64,000 bases of DNA from a virus. Position numbers and translations under genes: made by a program. Shown one piece after another: positions 8,901 to 17,078 of this stretch (positions are counted from its first letter, which is position 1; the number at the start of each line of letters is the position of its first letter). The notes under the pieces were generated by a model, which made no database searches, was not told where the DNA came from, and worked only from the letters and a program-made list of their open reading frames with translations. The stretch covers positions 1 to 64,000 of IMG/VR virus record IMGVR_UViG_3300032242_001235; one strand, 5' to 3'.

Positions 8901-10645
8901 TTGGTGTTAAAGTTACTAACAACGGATATGCACAGTTGGTATCGGTATTCACGATCTTCTGTTCAATCGCTGTTGAAGTTGACAATGGAGGTATTGCTTC
9001 TATTACTAACTCCAACTGTAACTTTGGTACATTAGGATTGGTAGCAAAGGGATACGGAAAACGAGCATTCTCTGGAACAATTTTTAATCCAAAGAATAGA
9101 GCATACCCATTTAGTCCAGATGTTCCAGGTTCACAAGGATTAGATCCTTACTATCCAGCAGGATATTTCCCTAGTAGTACTGGTGGAGTTGAAGTATTTG
9201 TTCCTGATTTAAACAACAGACCACACATTTCATTGGTAATGGAAATTGTCCCACCAGTAACATATTCTAACCCATTAAATTCTCCTGCATACGCTGCAAT
9301 TGGATTGACTTTACAAGGGTTCTTAGTTGCTAAACCTAGTATAGCTACATTGTCTGTTGGGGCAATTACAATTGAAAATATTGATAATACTGATGTTGCA
9401 ATTGGCCACACATTATATATTATTGATCAATTTGGATATCCATACGATAATTTCCAATACTTGCACGATGAATTTGGTAACTATGTTGACTCAAATAACA
9501 GAATAACCACTAACCCTGCAGATTATATAGTGAATCCAAATTATAAGATTTGGTATGCTGGTACTGGTACACAGGTTGTTGATATTGGATTTAATTCTGT
9601 TACTATCAACCAATCATTAGGCGCTGGCGGTGGATTTGCTGATGATCCAAACTACTTTAATTTGTATTTCTGTGGTAATTCTTACTACACAGTACAAACC
9701 AGTAGCATAGCAAACCAACCATATCAAACTGGTACTAATATATTATCTGCAAATACTAATCCATACTTCCAAGGACCAACACAAAGTCAAATTACACAAC
9801 ATGTGGACTCTATAAGTTACTTGGGATATATGGTAGATCAAATTATTAATAATCAAACATATATTGGACAATATTCCAGCCTATCAGCTGTAACAGTTCC
9901 TAATATTACTAGTGCAGTTGGATCTAAGGCATTTATTGATTTAAGATTTGGATATCTAACTTCTATTATTGGTTCTAGTAATATTAACATTGCTGAGTCA
10001 GTAGTACCTGCTAAGAAGATAACAACTTCAGGTACTGTTCCATCTGGAGCAGGTAGTGCGATTACATTAATAAGAGCTAACATTGAATTCCTATCATCTG
10101 AAATATATGCTTATGTACAATCAGCATATCCAACATTGTTAGACACTAGTTCTAAAACTGGCCAAGAAGCAAAATGTCGTCGAGATGTTGGATTAATTTT
10201 ACAGCAATTAATCTATGATTTAGAAACTGGCGGAAACTATAATATGGTACACGCTGGATTGAGCTATTGGAGTCGTCCAGGTTCATATCATATTGTTCAA
10301 TTGGGCGAAGCAGTTACTGATCCGTCAATATTCCCAGACGGTGCAATTGTTAACTTCTATCAAAGAAGTTATATTAGTGCATCTGGTTATTTGTTTGAAT
10401 ATGTTGGAGCAGGTGCAAACTATGGTGCATTACCACAATATGGTAAAGCAGATCCGCAGCAACAATATGAAGCAATACAATTGAACTATGGTAAAGTATT
10501 TTATACTAGTACTGACCAAAACGGAGACTTTAGAATTGGTCCTGGATTGGTAATTAGTCAGGCAACTGGCGTTATTGCAGGAAGAACATTTACACAATCA
10601 TTGTTTGCTAACATGACCCCATTCATCTTGGCAATCCAACTATAA
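2945..10645 (+). CDS. Giant virion/tailspike-like protein (2566 aa): split pectin-lyase-like beta-helix with inserted alpha-helical CxRD repeats
   Basis: LYVTTDGDDTNDG...RTISGA...IRVAPGLYLE is a beta-helix cap; SPYIQNCT and DAFTQ..QGG.G...NNGYAQLVSVF are rungs; nine [C/S]xRD repeats; TAAATA at 2921-2926 and AAGGA RBS. Confidence 0.8.
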   Translation: MASRVSGSNTTQPQSGQISPPSAPPVSGIAINVGGSVISQNGSDGSVKIYTTSSIGLFASTVTVTSNKIIMSSAANVGNEINNPGGLGYDPGSGLNAANGFYLDGFNGTTLYSTKAERQLAGTYFTGGVGIEQDLSVGGFIYGRISKASTATTSTFITVSTTNNTSTYYPLFTDAAGFVSPGATLYGDLIGNKGGLTYVPSSGLLVSDRGSIAASDNSTGSTTGAFTVTGGVGIAKDVWIGGDVQPDVNNKQNIGSDGHAWANAYLEKVYSKFVGNTNSNITISPNNGITNPLRGTGGVMDVYGDIRVRGDNPVGTAPVVTNILYVTTDGDDTNDGRAMDASRACRTISGAINSPYYQSGTQIRVAPGLYLENNPIQLKPYTSIMGSDLRTTSIEPINKTQDLFHMNSGCYLAFMQFLNGRSGLLPGTYANGYNRGAYATAFPPLPVGEQIDLFHSPYIQNCTNLTGPWLNDGKMFVPAEVVQVPIITGMGSWEANTTTIVINVLNEPVNGFINAGKPNSNDTQYTGNLQSTLNIITTQTVKTSSALNTITNLTLLNAYQMQDTGDLWVYTGADTITLGMSIDTGHQNSGFFDARTLMLANQAFLQWQVVSFIDQTFNPGTFTYNTATCYRDVGLIVDAISMDMLYDSTSDSTFAGLQYWSQTANGYTGNIPGEITATIAAITFLKGIAQGVVSTGNRPTVNTLFNTLTNILSAGNTNGVTNLINYGGLPSTSPTTIYDFQQLTDPVNVKSMQTQVFNYITTNYPTLAYTSSTCMRDVGYIIDSVAFDLLHGSNVQTIKSGVYYYGYTSNQSAIANEIPQTSAAYSYIQSIIPYIITNQPVPTVYSTGTQVFNNLPATDAEINTLQNKIDVITRIIVDGPAVADAKTPINLKENTTPSVLNAWNLLHANRTFIQKEVVAFVNSQFSTFTYNKQLSYRDTGILIQNVAYDATFGGNSQSVEAGLAYWNGVISYITGQIPQCVAAVEYLNNLVQAVIRNIPCPVLPQVVGIPVNYQVINTVLTNGEIASQSIDNLFGIIKNVMKEGPSVAPSVYYSTGPDAAFVSSEILMHLNRPFIQENTLNYINYNLSYPKPSLPFNKIKCARDTAIIIDSIASDLLFPTSSVSQTTFAGLQYFNQAGYIGNIATEITTTTAAMVYLKELAAKIVSNTTYVDDALVGITRYASTATQRTQVTNINPTTSDVVSKINNEFDIIISILKGSTKGWTDKIIPNGGRPSNLKSVQDAYALLLANLSYIQAEVYAYVVSPQGLNYASTNFTTSTCIRDVGYIIDSVAFDVLHGGNRQAIQSGLSYYSQNPSDTLIPNETTATAAAFSFLGTLMGQLITDPNPVVITYQSDVKQVVGLPVATSAESTQIQTVIVSTLTNILTSGPVGYNYTPISLTTSSNANVYLAYDIIEANKEFLVAETLAWIDYTYNTVSSFTYNQTKCSRDTGLIVDAIGMDLLYGSSSDSTFAGLQYWNQDIGYTGNIPGEITATIAAFTYLKGIAASFVSSGNTSTVTSLFNNVINILNNSPVGVTDTIVFGGLPNSGKVADYNALQANKLSMENSVIAYLTTNFPSLAYDPTTCRRDVGYVIDAVSFDLYHGGNIQSIKSGVYYYGYDGNSTAINNEIPATTAAYNYISSILPYIVTGQPVLNPYQLGVPQSTSGTPGTAAEVDFLKNKIDVITNIILNGPAAAESKSPQRLIPNNDPYAINAWTLLNANRAFIQAEVIAYINSTSIKPAFAYNQEKCFRDVGLMVDAVSQDILLGGNQRSIEAGLSYWTQGYNYIANQVSTTTAAIKYISDICLQIIANKPVDVVTGTVAKQVINPFFQYGDDYMPQQAVARNFNIISEIINRGPQAAPPLYAGGGIIALTGLNGADVKLAPTVTYISTISTGTYLIGLSTATVGFGNNATLYFGDVEVFPLQDAEVETIALRQTGSSSSWDQRKVDAIGGMGGSLVDGAVVSARSPIQSFAYDAFTQLTQGGVGVKVTNNGYAQLVSVFTIFCSIAVEVDNGGIASITNSNCNFGTLGLVAKGYGKRAFSGTIFNPKNRAYPFSPDVPGSQGLDPYYPAGYFPSSTGGVEVFVPDLNNRPHISLVMEIVPPVTYSNPLNSPAYAAIGLTLQGFLVAKPSIATLSVGAITIENIDNTDVAIGHTLYIIDQFGYPYDNFQYLHDEFGNYVDSNNRITTNPADYIVNPNYKIWYAGTGTQVVDIGFNSVTINQSLGAGGGFADDPNYFNLYFCGNSYYTVQTSSIANQPYQTGTNILSANTNPYFQGPTQSQITQHVDSISYLGYMVDQIINNQTYIGQYSSLSAVTVPNITSAVGSKAFIDLRFGYLTSIIGSSNINIAESVVPAKKITTSGTVPSGAGSAITLIRANIEFLSSEIYAYVQSAYPTLLDTSSKTGQEAKCRRDVGLILQQLIYDLETGGNYNMVHAGLSYWSRPGSYHIVQLGEAVTDPSIFPDGAIVNFYQRSYISASGYLFEYVGAGANYGALPQYGKADPQQQYEAIQLNYGKVFYTSTDQNGDFRIGPGLVISQATGVIAGRTFTQSLFANMTPFILAIQL
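4780..8530 (+). repeat. Eight tandem ~140-180-aa helical repeats (Y..xxCxRDVGxIIDxVxxDLxxGGNxxSxxAGLxYW); a ninth, permuted copy lies near 9790-10280
   Basis: Cys (or Ser) codons at 4829, 5264, 5747 (Ser), 6245, 6782, 7280, 7697, 8189 and 10175. Confidence 0.9.
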
Positions 10646-10657
10646 TAAGGATATAAT

Positions 10658-11041
10658 ATGGCACAGTTACCATTAAATACATTTAAAACAAAAACAGCAT
10701 TGTTGGGATCCAATACTTCAACTGTTTACACAGCACCCATTGGGACTACTGCTATTATCTTGATGGCACAAGTTGCCAACACAGATTCTACGAATCCCCA
10801 CTATGTAACATTTTCTCATTATAGAAATAGACCAATATTGGCAGATGCTCAAGGTAATGGATATCAAGCTGGACAGACATCGAGCCCATTAGTTGTAAAG
10901 TACGCTATCCCTCCTAATGATGCTGCTACACCACTAAGTGGCAAAATGATTGTTGAACAACTAGATAGAATTCAAGCATTTGCAGATACTACCGGCACTT
11001 TACAATTAGTATTGAGTATTTTGGAAACAGCTAACGCATAA
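10658..11041 (+). CDS. Small virion structural protein, likely partner of the upstream giant protein
   Basis: AAGGA RBS; beta-rich VYTAP...AIILMAQVAN...LSILETANA pattern typical of T4-like aquatic phage structural clusters. Confidence 0.7.
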   Translation: MAQLPLNTFKTKTALLGSNTSTVYTAPIGTTAIILMAQVANTDSTNPHYVTFSHYRNRPILADAQGNGYQAGQTSSPLVVKYAIPPNDAATPLSGKMIVEQLDRIQAFADTTGTLQLVLSILETANA

Positions 11042-11053
11042 TAGGATAGAATA

Positions 11054-13042
11054 ATGCCATCATTACTAAGCGGATCGTCACAAAATGCTAGCTCGCCTTC
11101 TGGCTATGCAGCACCTGGGCAACTACAGTTTGCTCTAGGTCCCACACCTACGACAAGTACAGGTTATACATTAGTTTCAACTACTGGGTCAATTCTTCAT
11201 TATACAAGTAGTTTAGGAAATTTAAATTTCAACTTTGGTGTAATTACAAGCAATATTGCCAATCAAAACATTCAATTGATTGGTACTGGCTCTAACTCTG
11301 TAATAGTTTCTGGCGGAACTGCAAATGTAAGTACCACTACTGGTGCTTTAATTGTACAAGGTGGCATAGGCGTTCAAGGAAGCATTTGGACTGGACAAGA
11401 TATTAATGTCAACGGCATTACTTTTGGTCAAGGATACCGAGGCAAAAACAATATTAAAATTTCTGGTGTTGAAGAACTTGGCGGAAATCCGACAAACAGC
11501 TTTAACAGTATTGCCATTGGAAATAGTGCATTAACTGGATTGGCAACAGCACAGCGTACAATTGCAGTTGGTACACATGCATTAAGTTCAGGAACAGATC
11601 TAGTAAACAACATTGCTATTGGTGACTATAGTTTACCACTTATTGGATATAAGAAAATAGCATTTGTTGGTACAATGACCAATGCTACAAAAACAAAGCC
11701 AGTACAAATTGTAATTCCTAACCATAATCAAACTACAGGAACACAGATTTTTATTACTGATGTTAACGGAATGATTGAATTAGATAGCAACTACTATTAT
11801 GTAGATGTTATTAGTTCTAGTACATTGGCACTTTACAGTGACTTAAACTTAAACTTCCCTGTAAACGGTATACTATATTCCACATATATAAGCAGCGGTA
11901 CAGTAGTTCGTCCATTAGCCAGTGCTAATAATATTGCATTAGGTACCGGTGCAGCACAAGCATTTATGGACGGTAAAGAGAATTTCTTTATTGGTCATAA
12001 TATTGCCACTAGTTTCAATACAGGCAGTTATAATTTCTTTATTGGTCACGATGTAGCAAACAACATGACTAATGGTAATAGAAATATTTCCATTGGCGGT
12101 AATCAATTACAAGACGGCTACGACGATCAAATTAATATTGGTAATGTATTTTATTACAATGGTGGGGGATATCTAACATTAAATGCCGATGTAGGTGTTG
12201 GTATAGGAACTGATTCATCAAGTGTTGATACTGGTGCATTTAATGTATTTGGTGGTGCTGGCATAAGTGGAAACTTATTTGTAGGTGACAAATTAAATGT
12301 TACTGGTAACGGTGATGTCACTTTAAGTCCACAAGGTGCAAGTGTTATTATCCAACCATCTCTAGGCGGTTCAGTAACACTGTTCCCACAACAACCTGCT
12401 CCTGGAAATATGGACAATATGTATATTGGCCAAACACTTTCTCGTGATGCTAATTTTCAAATTGTCAAAGTAAAGGCAACAAATGCTGCAACTAGTGACC
12501 TAACCGGTGCATTACAAGTTGCTGGTGGTGTAGGTATTGTTGGCGACTTATGGGTTGGTGGAGTTATTCACGGATCTGTTGCTGGTGGCGGTGGTGGCGC
12601 TGGTACTGGCGGCGCAGCATTAACTACAGAAGAAATTCAGATCAATTCTACAATGAGTAATACACTGTATTACTTGACAATGTCTTCTGCGACTTATAGC
12701 TATTCTACATTGGAAGTAACAACTAATCTTGTATATGATACAACAGGTGGAATGTTGTCATTGCAACAAATGACATTAGTAGGAACAAGTCCAAGTGTTA
12801 GCACACAAACAGGTGCATTAACTGTTGCAGGTGGTGTGGGTGTACAAGGTAGCATTTATAGTGCAGACGGTAATGCAGATCAAGGATATCTATTGTATAC
12901 ACCTAGAACTACACTGTCTGTAGGAATCCCACCAGCAAATCCGAGATTTGGTGATTTCTGGGTCGACCCTAGTTTAGGTGCAAGTTTCCAATATATAAAA
13001 GATGGTACTAGTACTATTTGGCTGCAATTTACATCAGTATAA
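11054..13042 (+). CDS. Tail fibre/adhesin with YadA-head-like repeats
   Basis: SIAIGNSAL, TIAVGTHAL, NIAIGDYSL, NIALGTGA and NFFIG repeats; four TGALxVxGG modules; C-terminal P..GDFWVD..W motif. Confidence 0.72.
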   Translation: MPSLLSGSSQNASSPSGYAAPGQLQFALGPTPTTSTGYTLVSTTGSILHYTSSLGNLNFNFGVITSNIANQNIQLIGTGSNSVIVSGGTANVSTTTGALIVQGGIGVQGSIWTGQDINVNGITFGQGYRGKNNIKISGVEELGGNPTNSFNSIAIGNSALTGLATAQRTIAVGTHALSSGTDLVNNIAIGDYSLPLIGYKKIAFVGTMTNATKTKPVQIVIPNHNQTTGTQIFITDVNGMIELDSNYYYVDVISSSTLALYSDLNLNFPVNGILYSTYISSGTVVRPLASANNIALGTGAAQAFMDGKENFFIGHNIATSFNTGSYNFFIGHDVANNMTNGNRNISIGGNQLQDGYDDQINIGNVFYYNGGGYLTLNADVGVGIGTDSSSVDTGAFNVFGGAGISGNLFVGDKLNVTGNGDVTLSPQGASVIIQPSLGGSVTLFPQQPAPGNMDNMYIGQTLSRDANFQIVKVKATNAATSDLTGALQVAGGVGIVGDLWVGGVIHGSVAGGGGGAGTGGAALTTEEIQINSTMSNTLYYLTMSSATYSYSTLEVTTNLVYDTTGGMLSLQQMTLVGTSPSVSTQTGALTVAGGVGVQGSIYSADGNADQGYLLYTPRTTLSVGIPPANPRFGDFWVDPSLGASFQYIKDGTSTIWLQFTSV

Positions 13043-13051
13043 GAGAATAAT

Positions 13052-13954
13052 ATGGCTACAACTTTTCCAATTAACCCACAGGTAAATGACCAATACACTG
13101 TCGGATCAACAATTTATCGATGGACTGGCTATGCATGGGTAAAGGTCCCATCCAGTAGTACAGCAATTTACGATTTGACAGTGAATACACTATCTGCAGG
13201 ATCGGGCACTGTTTACATATCAACAGGAAGTATTACTGTTAATGGAAATTCTGTATTAACTGCTGCTACATTAGGTAATAATGTAGTTACAACTTTAAAT
13301 GCAGGCACTGGCACTCGAATATCAACTAGCACCGGTGTAATTACTATTTGGAGTGAAGCTACTCTAGCATCTGTTACAAAAGTAGGAAATACTACTACAA
13401 GTACTATCATTATATTGAATACCACCACTAGTAATTCAACAAATACTGGGGCACTAACTGTTTCTGGCGGAGTTGGTATTGGCGGCAACTTATATGTTGG
13501 TGGAACCGTTAATATTACAAATACTACCGATGCTACTAGTACAACTACTGGGGCATTAACCGTAGTGGGCGGTATTGGTATTGGTGGTAGAATGTATTCT
13601 GAAAGTGTTCAAATTATGGACACAGTAATTGATTCTACAGCAACTCCTATAAATAACACAACAACTACTGTTATTGACATGTATCCAGCTAGTCAATACA
13701 GAGCTGCAAAATATCTAATACAGATAGATAGCGGTTCTGGATTGTCAGCAAAGTTTCAAGCAGTTGAGCTTATGGTATTAGTTGATAACGGTGGTAATGT
13801 ATATGCTACAGAATATGGTAGTGTTACAACAAACGGGGATTTGGGCAATTTTTCAGCAGATGTGCAGGGCGATAATAATGTTAGACTATATTATACCGCG
13901 TTTGCAGCTACTAATAAAATTGTGAAGGTATTTAGAACAGCGATGACACTTTAA
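13052..13954 (+). CDS. Fibre/adaptor protein
   Basis: N-terminal FP.NP...D.Y...YRWTG.AW; two fibre modules; C-terminal YR.A.Y..Q...NVYATEY domain. Confidence 0.72.
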   Translation: MATTFPINPQVNDQYTVGSTIYRWTGYAWVKVPSSSTAIYDLTVNTLSAGSGTVYISTGSITVNGNSVLTAATLGNNVVTTLNAGTGTRISTSTGVITIWSEATLASVTKVGNTTTSTIIILNTTTSNSTNTGALTVSGGVGIGGNLYVGGTVNITNTTDATSTTTGALTVVGGIGIGGRMYSESVQIMDTVIDSTATPINNTTTTVIDMYPASQYRAAKYLIQIDSGSGLSAKFQAVELMVLVDNGGNVYATEYGSVTTNGDLGNFSADVQGDNNVRLYYTAFAATNKIVKVFRTAMTL

Positions 13955-13966
13955 GGACGCACTACA

Positions 13967-16954
13967 ATGGCATTTAATCAAACAGATTTCGTAATCTCAA
14001 ACGGTCTCCAGGTAGACGGCACGGCAACTTATATTACGACCTCCACTGGAATATCTGGAGGGGCACAGTTTAATGTAGGTGTGGCTATACAAAAGAGCAT
14101 TATTGTTGGCGCAACAGCAACAATATATGGGCCAACTACATTACTTGGGCCACTTACTGGGTACGGTCCGGCTACTATAAACAATACATTAAATGTAACG
14201 CAACAAAGTACATTAGCTGCACTATCAGCTACAGTGACTACAGTTACAAATTTAAATGTAACTGGTCCTGCAACAATTTCTGGTGTTACTGCTGTAACTA
14301 ATGCCACAAGTGCAACTACTGGTGGTGCTGGCGCATTACAAGTTACCGGTGGTGGTTATATTGGTAACAATTTAGTTATTGCTGGTTCACAATCTAGTAC
14401 AAGTACAACAGTAGATAATGCTTTACAAGTTACTGGTGGTGCATATATTGGTAAAAATCTTACTGTTAACGGTCCTGCTTTATTCAAGGATACAGTAACA
14501 TTTAGTGGTACTGCAACATATGTATTCAGTACAAACACCTTCTATACAGATAATATTATAGAAGTACATACACCACCGAGCGGTGTTAACGGTACTTGGA
14601 CACTTGACGATGGCAAAGACATTGGATTTAGATTCCACTATTACAATGGCGGAGATCAAAATGCTGCTCTTGTACTGGCAGATGATAGTAAATCTTTGGA
14701 ATGGTATGGTACTGGTGCTGAATCTAATACTGGAACATTTGGTGCTAGTGCTACTTACGGTACATTCAAAACTGGTGTAATTAAACTAGTTGGTGGTAAT
14801 GCTGCCTACAGCACTTCAACTGGTGACCTACAAGTCCGTGGTGGAGTAGGTGTAAACGGTAACATTTTTGTTGGTGGTGTAGTAACTGCTTCTAACCACT
14901 ACGGTTTTATTGGTGGTCCAGCACAAGCCCCGCAATTATATGGTGGTGTAACTGGTAGTTTGGTATATCAAACGGCTCCAAACACTACTGGATTCCTTGC
15001 TCCAGATACTACTGGATATATTTTACAGACAAACGGTGCTGGCAATGCACCATCTTGGGTACCTTTGGCTGGCACAACATCTGGAAATGCAACTACAGCA
15101 ACTAACCTTGCTGGTGGCTTACAAGGTGAGATTCCATTCCAAAGTTCTCCAGGTGTAACTACTTTCTCAACAGAGTTAGAATATCTTTCTCAAACATTAC
15201 ATGCTCCTAAATTAAAAGCAGATGCTATTGTTGATTCAGCTGATACTGGAACAGGATCGTTAGTAGTTGCCGGTGGTGCAGGTATTGGCGGTAGTTTATA
15301 TGCTACGCGAGTATTTTCAGGCGGTTACCTAGTATCAACTGGAACATTTGATGGCGGTAATGTATTAAAATCCGTTCACATCACTTCTTCAACTCAATCT
15401 AATTCAACAACTACTGGCGCATTAGTAGTTGATGGTGGTTTAGGAGTTGGCGGCAATATATTTGCTGGTGGTATTGTAGAAGTTTTAGGCAATACACAAG
15501 CAACTAGTACATCTACTGGATCATTGGTTGTTACTGGTGGTGTTGGTATTGGTGGAAATGCATATATTGGACAAAACTTATATGTTGGCGGATCGCTAGT
15601 ACTTACAACATCATCCATTGGTAGCTCAGTTGCTAGCAGTACAGGTACAACAAGTACATTTGTAATCCAAAATACTACACAGGCCACAAGTACTAATAGT
15701 GGTGCATTACAAGTATACGGCGGCGCTGGTATTGGCGGTAATGTATATATTGGTGGCAATTTATATGATGTTAATGGCGTACTATACGGTTCTAGTACAG
15801 GTACTACAAGTACATTTGTAATTAAAAATACCACGATATCAACAACTACTGCTACGGGTGCATTACAAGTGTATGGCGGTGCAGGTATTGGCGGCAACTT
15901 AAATGTTGGTTACAATGTAAAAGTTGGTAGTCTTGATGGTTCAGATTCAACTACTACTGGTGCATTGACTGTTGTTGGTGGTGTTGGCGTTGGACTAGGA
16001 TTAACCGTTGGAGGAACAGCCAATATTGGTGGTGGTGCTTCAATTACTGGAGCATTGACTGCTACTGGAATTACTTCAATTACAAGTACTGCTGTTGCTT
16101 CAAATACTACTACTGGTGCATTAAGAGTCGTAGGTGGTGCTGGAATTGGCGGCGCACTATATGTTGGCGATGCTTTATCAGTCAAAGGTGTAGTCTCTGT
16201 CACAAATACAACAGTTGCATCCTCAACATCTAGTGCTGCATTTACTGTAGCAGGTGGTGCTGGTGTTGGTGGAGATCTATATGTTGGTCAAAACTTATAT
16301 GTAGCTGGCAATTTAGTAGTTACAACATCCTCAGTTGGCACAATTGTAGCTGGTAGTGGTGGTACAACCAGTACATTCGTAATATCAAATACTACGCAAG
16401 CTACAAGTACAACAACTGGTGCATTGCAAGTATATGGTGGAGCTGGAATTGGCGGCAATATTTGGGCTGGCGGGGTAGTTAATCTTATCAATGCTACTGA
16501 CAGTAATGCAACGAATGTTGGGGCATTGATAGTTTCTGGTGGTGTTGGTATTACTAAATCAGTAAACATTGGTGGGACAATAACAGTTGGCTCAAGTGGA
16601 CCAAATACAACTATTGGATCTATCTTCAGCAACAACATGTTGCAGGCTACTTTTACTAGTAACTCAATTTCCACAAATACTTCACAAAACTTAGATACAT
16701 TTAGTGCATCTGTATATAGAACAGCAGAATATGTTGTTCAAATAGTTGATGGTGCTGCTGTACAAGTTCAAAAGATATTGTTAATGCAGGATGGTACTAA
16801 TGTGTATGCTACCGAATATGCGGTAATTGTAAACACTGGGTTCTTAGGAACATTCAGTGCAACATTGACTGGTGGTGTAGTAACATTGACATTCACTCCA
16901 AACAATGCTACTAACATGATAATTAAGACAGTGAGAACTACAATTACAATGTAA
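13967..16954 (+). CDS. Long Gly/Thr-rich fibre protein
   Basis: About 13 TGALxVxGGxGIGG modules; DDGKD-FRFHYY domain; C-terminal YATEY domain homologous to that of 13052. Confidence 0.78.
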   Translation: MAFNQTDFVISNGLQVDGTATYITTSTGISGGAQFNVGVAIQKSIIVGATATIYGPTTLLGPLTGYGPATINNTLNVTQQSTLAALSATVTTVTNLNVTGPATISGVTAVTNATSATTGGAGALQVTGGGYIGNNLVIAGSQSSTSTTVDNALQVTGGAYIGKNLTVNGPALFKDTVTFSGTATYVFSTNTFYTDNIIEVHTPPSGVNGTWTLDDGKDIGFRFHYYNGGDQNAALVLADDSKSLEWYGTGAESNTGTFGASATYGTFKTGVIKLVGGNAAYSTSTGDLQVRGGVGVNGNIFVGGVVTASNHYGFIGGPAQAPQLYGGVTGSLVYQTAPNTTGFLAPDTTGYILQTNGAGNAPSWVPLAGTTSGNATTATNLAGGLQGEIPFQSSPGVTTFSTELEYLSQTLHAPKLKADAIVDSADTGTGSLVVAGGAGIGGSLYATRVFSGGYLVSTGTFDGGNVLKSVHITSSTQSNSTTTGALVVDGGLGVGGNIFAGGIVEVLGNTQATSTSTGSLVVTGGVGIGGNAYIGQNLYVGGSLVLTTSSIGSSVASSTGTTSTFVIQNTTQATSTNSGALQVYGGAGIGGNVYIGGNLYDVNGVLYGSSTGTTSTFVIKNTTISTTTATGALQVYGGAGIGGNLNVGYNVKVGSLDGSDSTTTGALTVVGGVGVGLGLTVGGTANIGGGASITGALTATGITSITSTAVASNTTTGALRVVGGAGIGGALYVGDALSVKGVVSVTNTTVASSTSSAAFTVAGGAGVGGDLYVGQNLYVAGNLVVTTSSVGTIVAGSGGTTSTFVISNTTQATSTTTGALQVYGGAGIGGNIWAGGVVNLINATDSNATNVGALIVSGGVGITKSVNIGGTITVGSSGPNTTIGSIFSNNMLQATFTSNSISTNTSQNLDTFSASVYRTAEYVVQIVDGAAVQVQKILLMQDGTNVYATEYAVIVNTGFLGTFSATLTGGVVTLTFTPNNATNMIIKTVRTTITM

Positions 16955-16972
16955 TTGCTGGTGTTTTACAAT

Positions 16973-17000
16973 AAGAAAGGGCCTTAATTGGCCCTTTCTT
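16973..17000. terminator. Hairpin terminator, possibly bidirectional
   Basis: Perfect 11-bp stem AAGAAAGGGCC-TTAATT-GGCCCTTTCTT. Confidence 0.8.
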
Positions 17001-17029
17001 GTCATCATTTCATTATATTTGATTTAACA

Positions 17030-17078
17030 TAAATAGTTGTTAAGTAACTGCCGTTGCGTGGAAAGGGAAACTAATGGC
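17030..17078 (+). promoter_or_regulatory. Late promoter (TAAATA 17030-17035, TAAGTA 17041-17046) and leader hairpin covering the start codon
   Basis: GCCGTTG 17050-17056 pairs with TAATGGC 17072-17078, enclosing GTGGAAAGGGAAAC. Confidence 0.55.

Noticed and set aside
2945-10645. Concluding a cyanobacterial host from the phycobiliprotein-like repeats
   Set aside because: No photosynthesis or bilin genes in the window and the similarity is motif-level only; the host cannot be assigned
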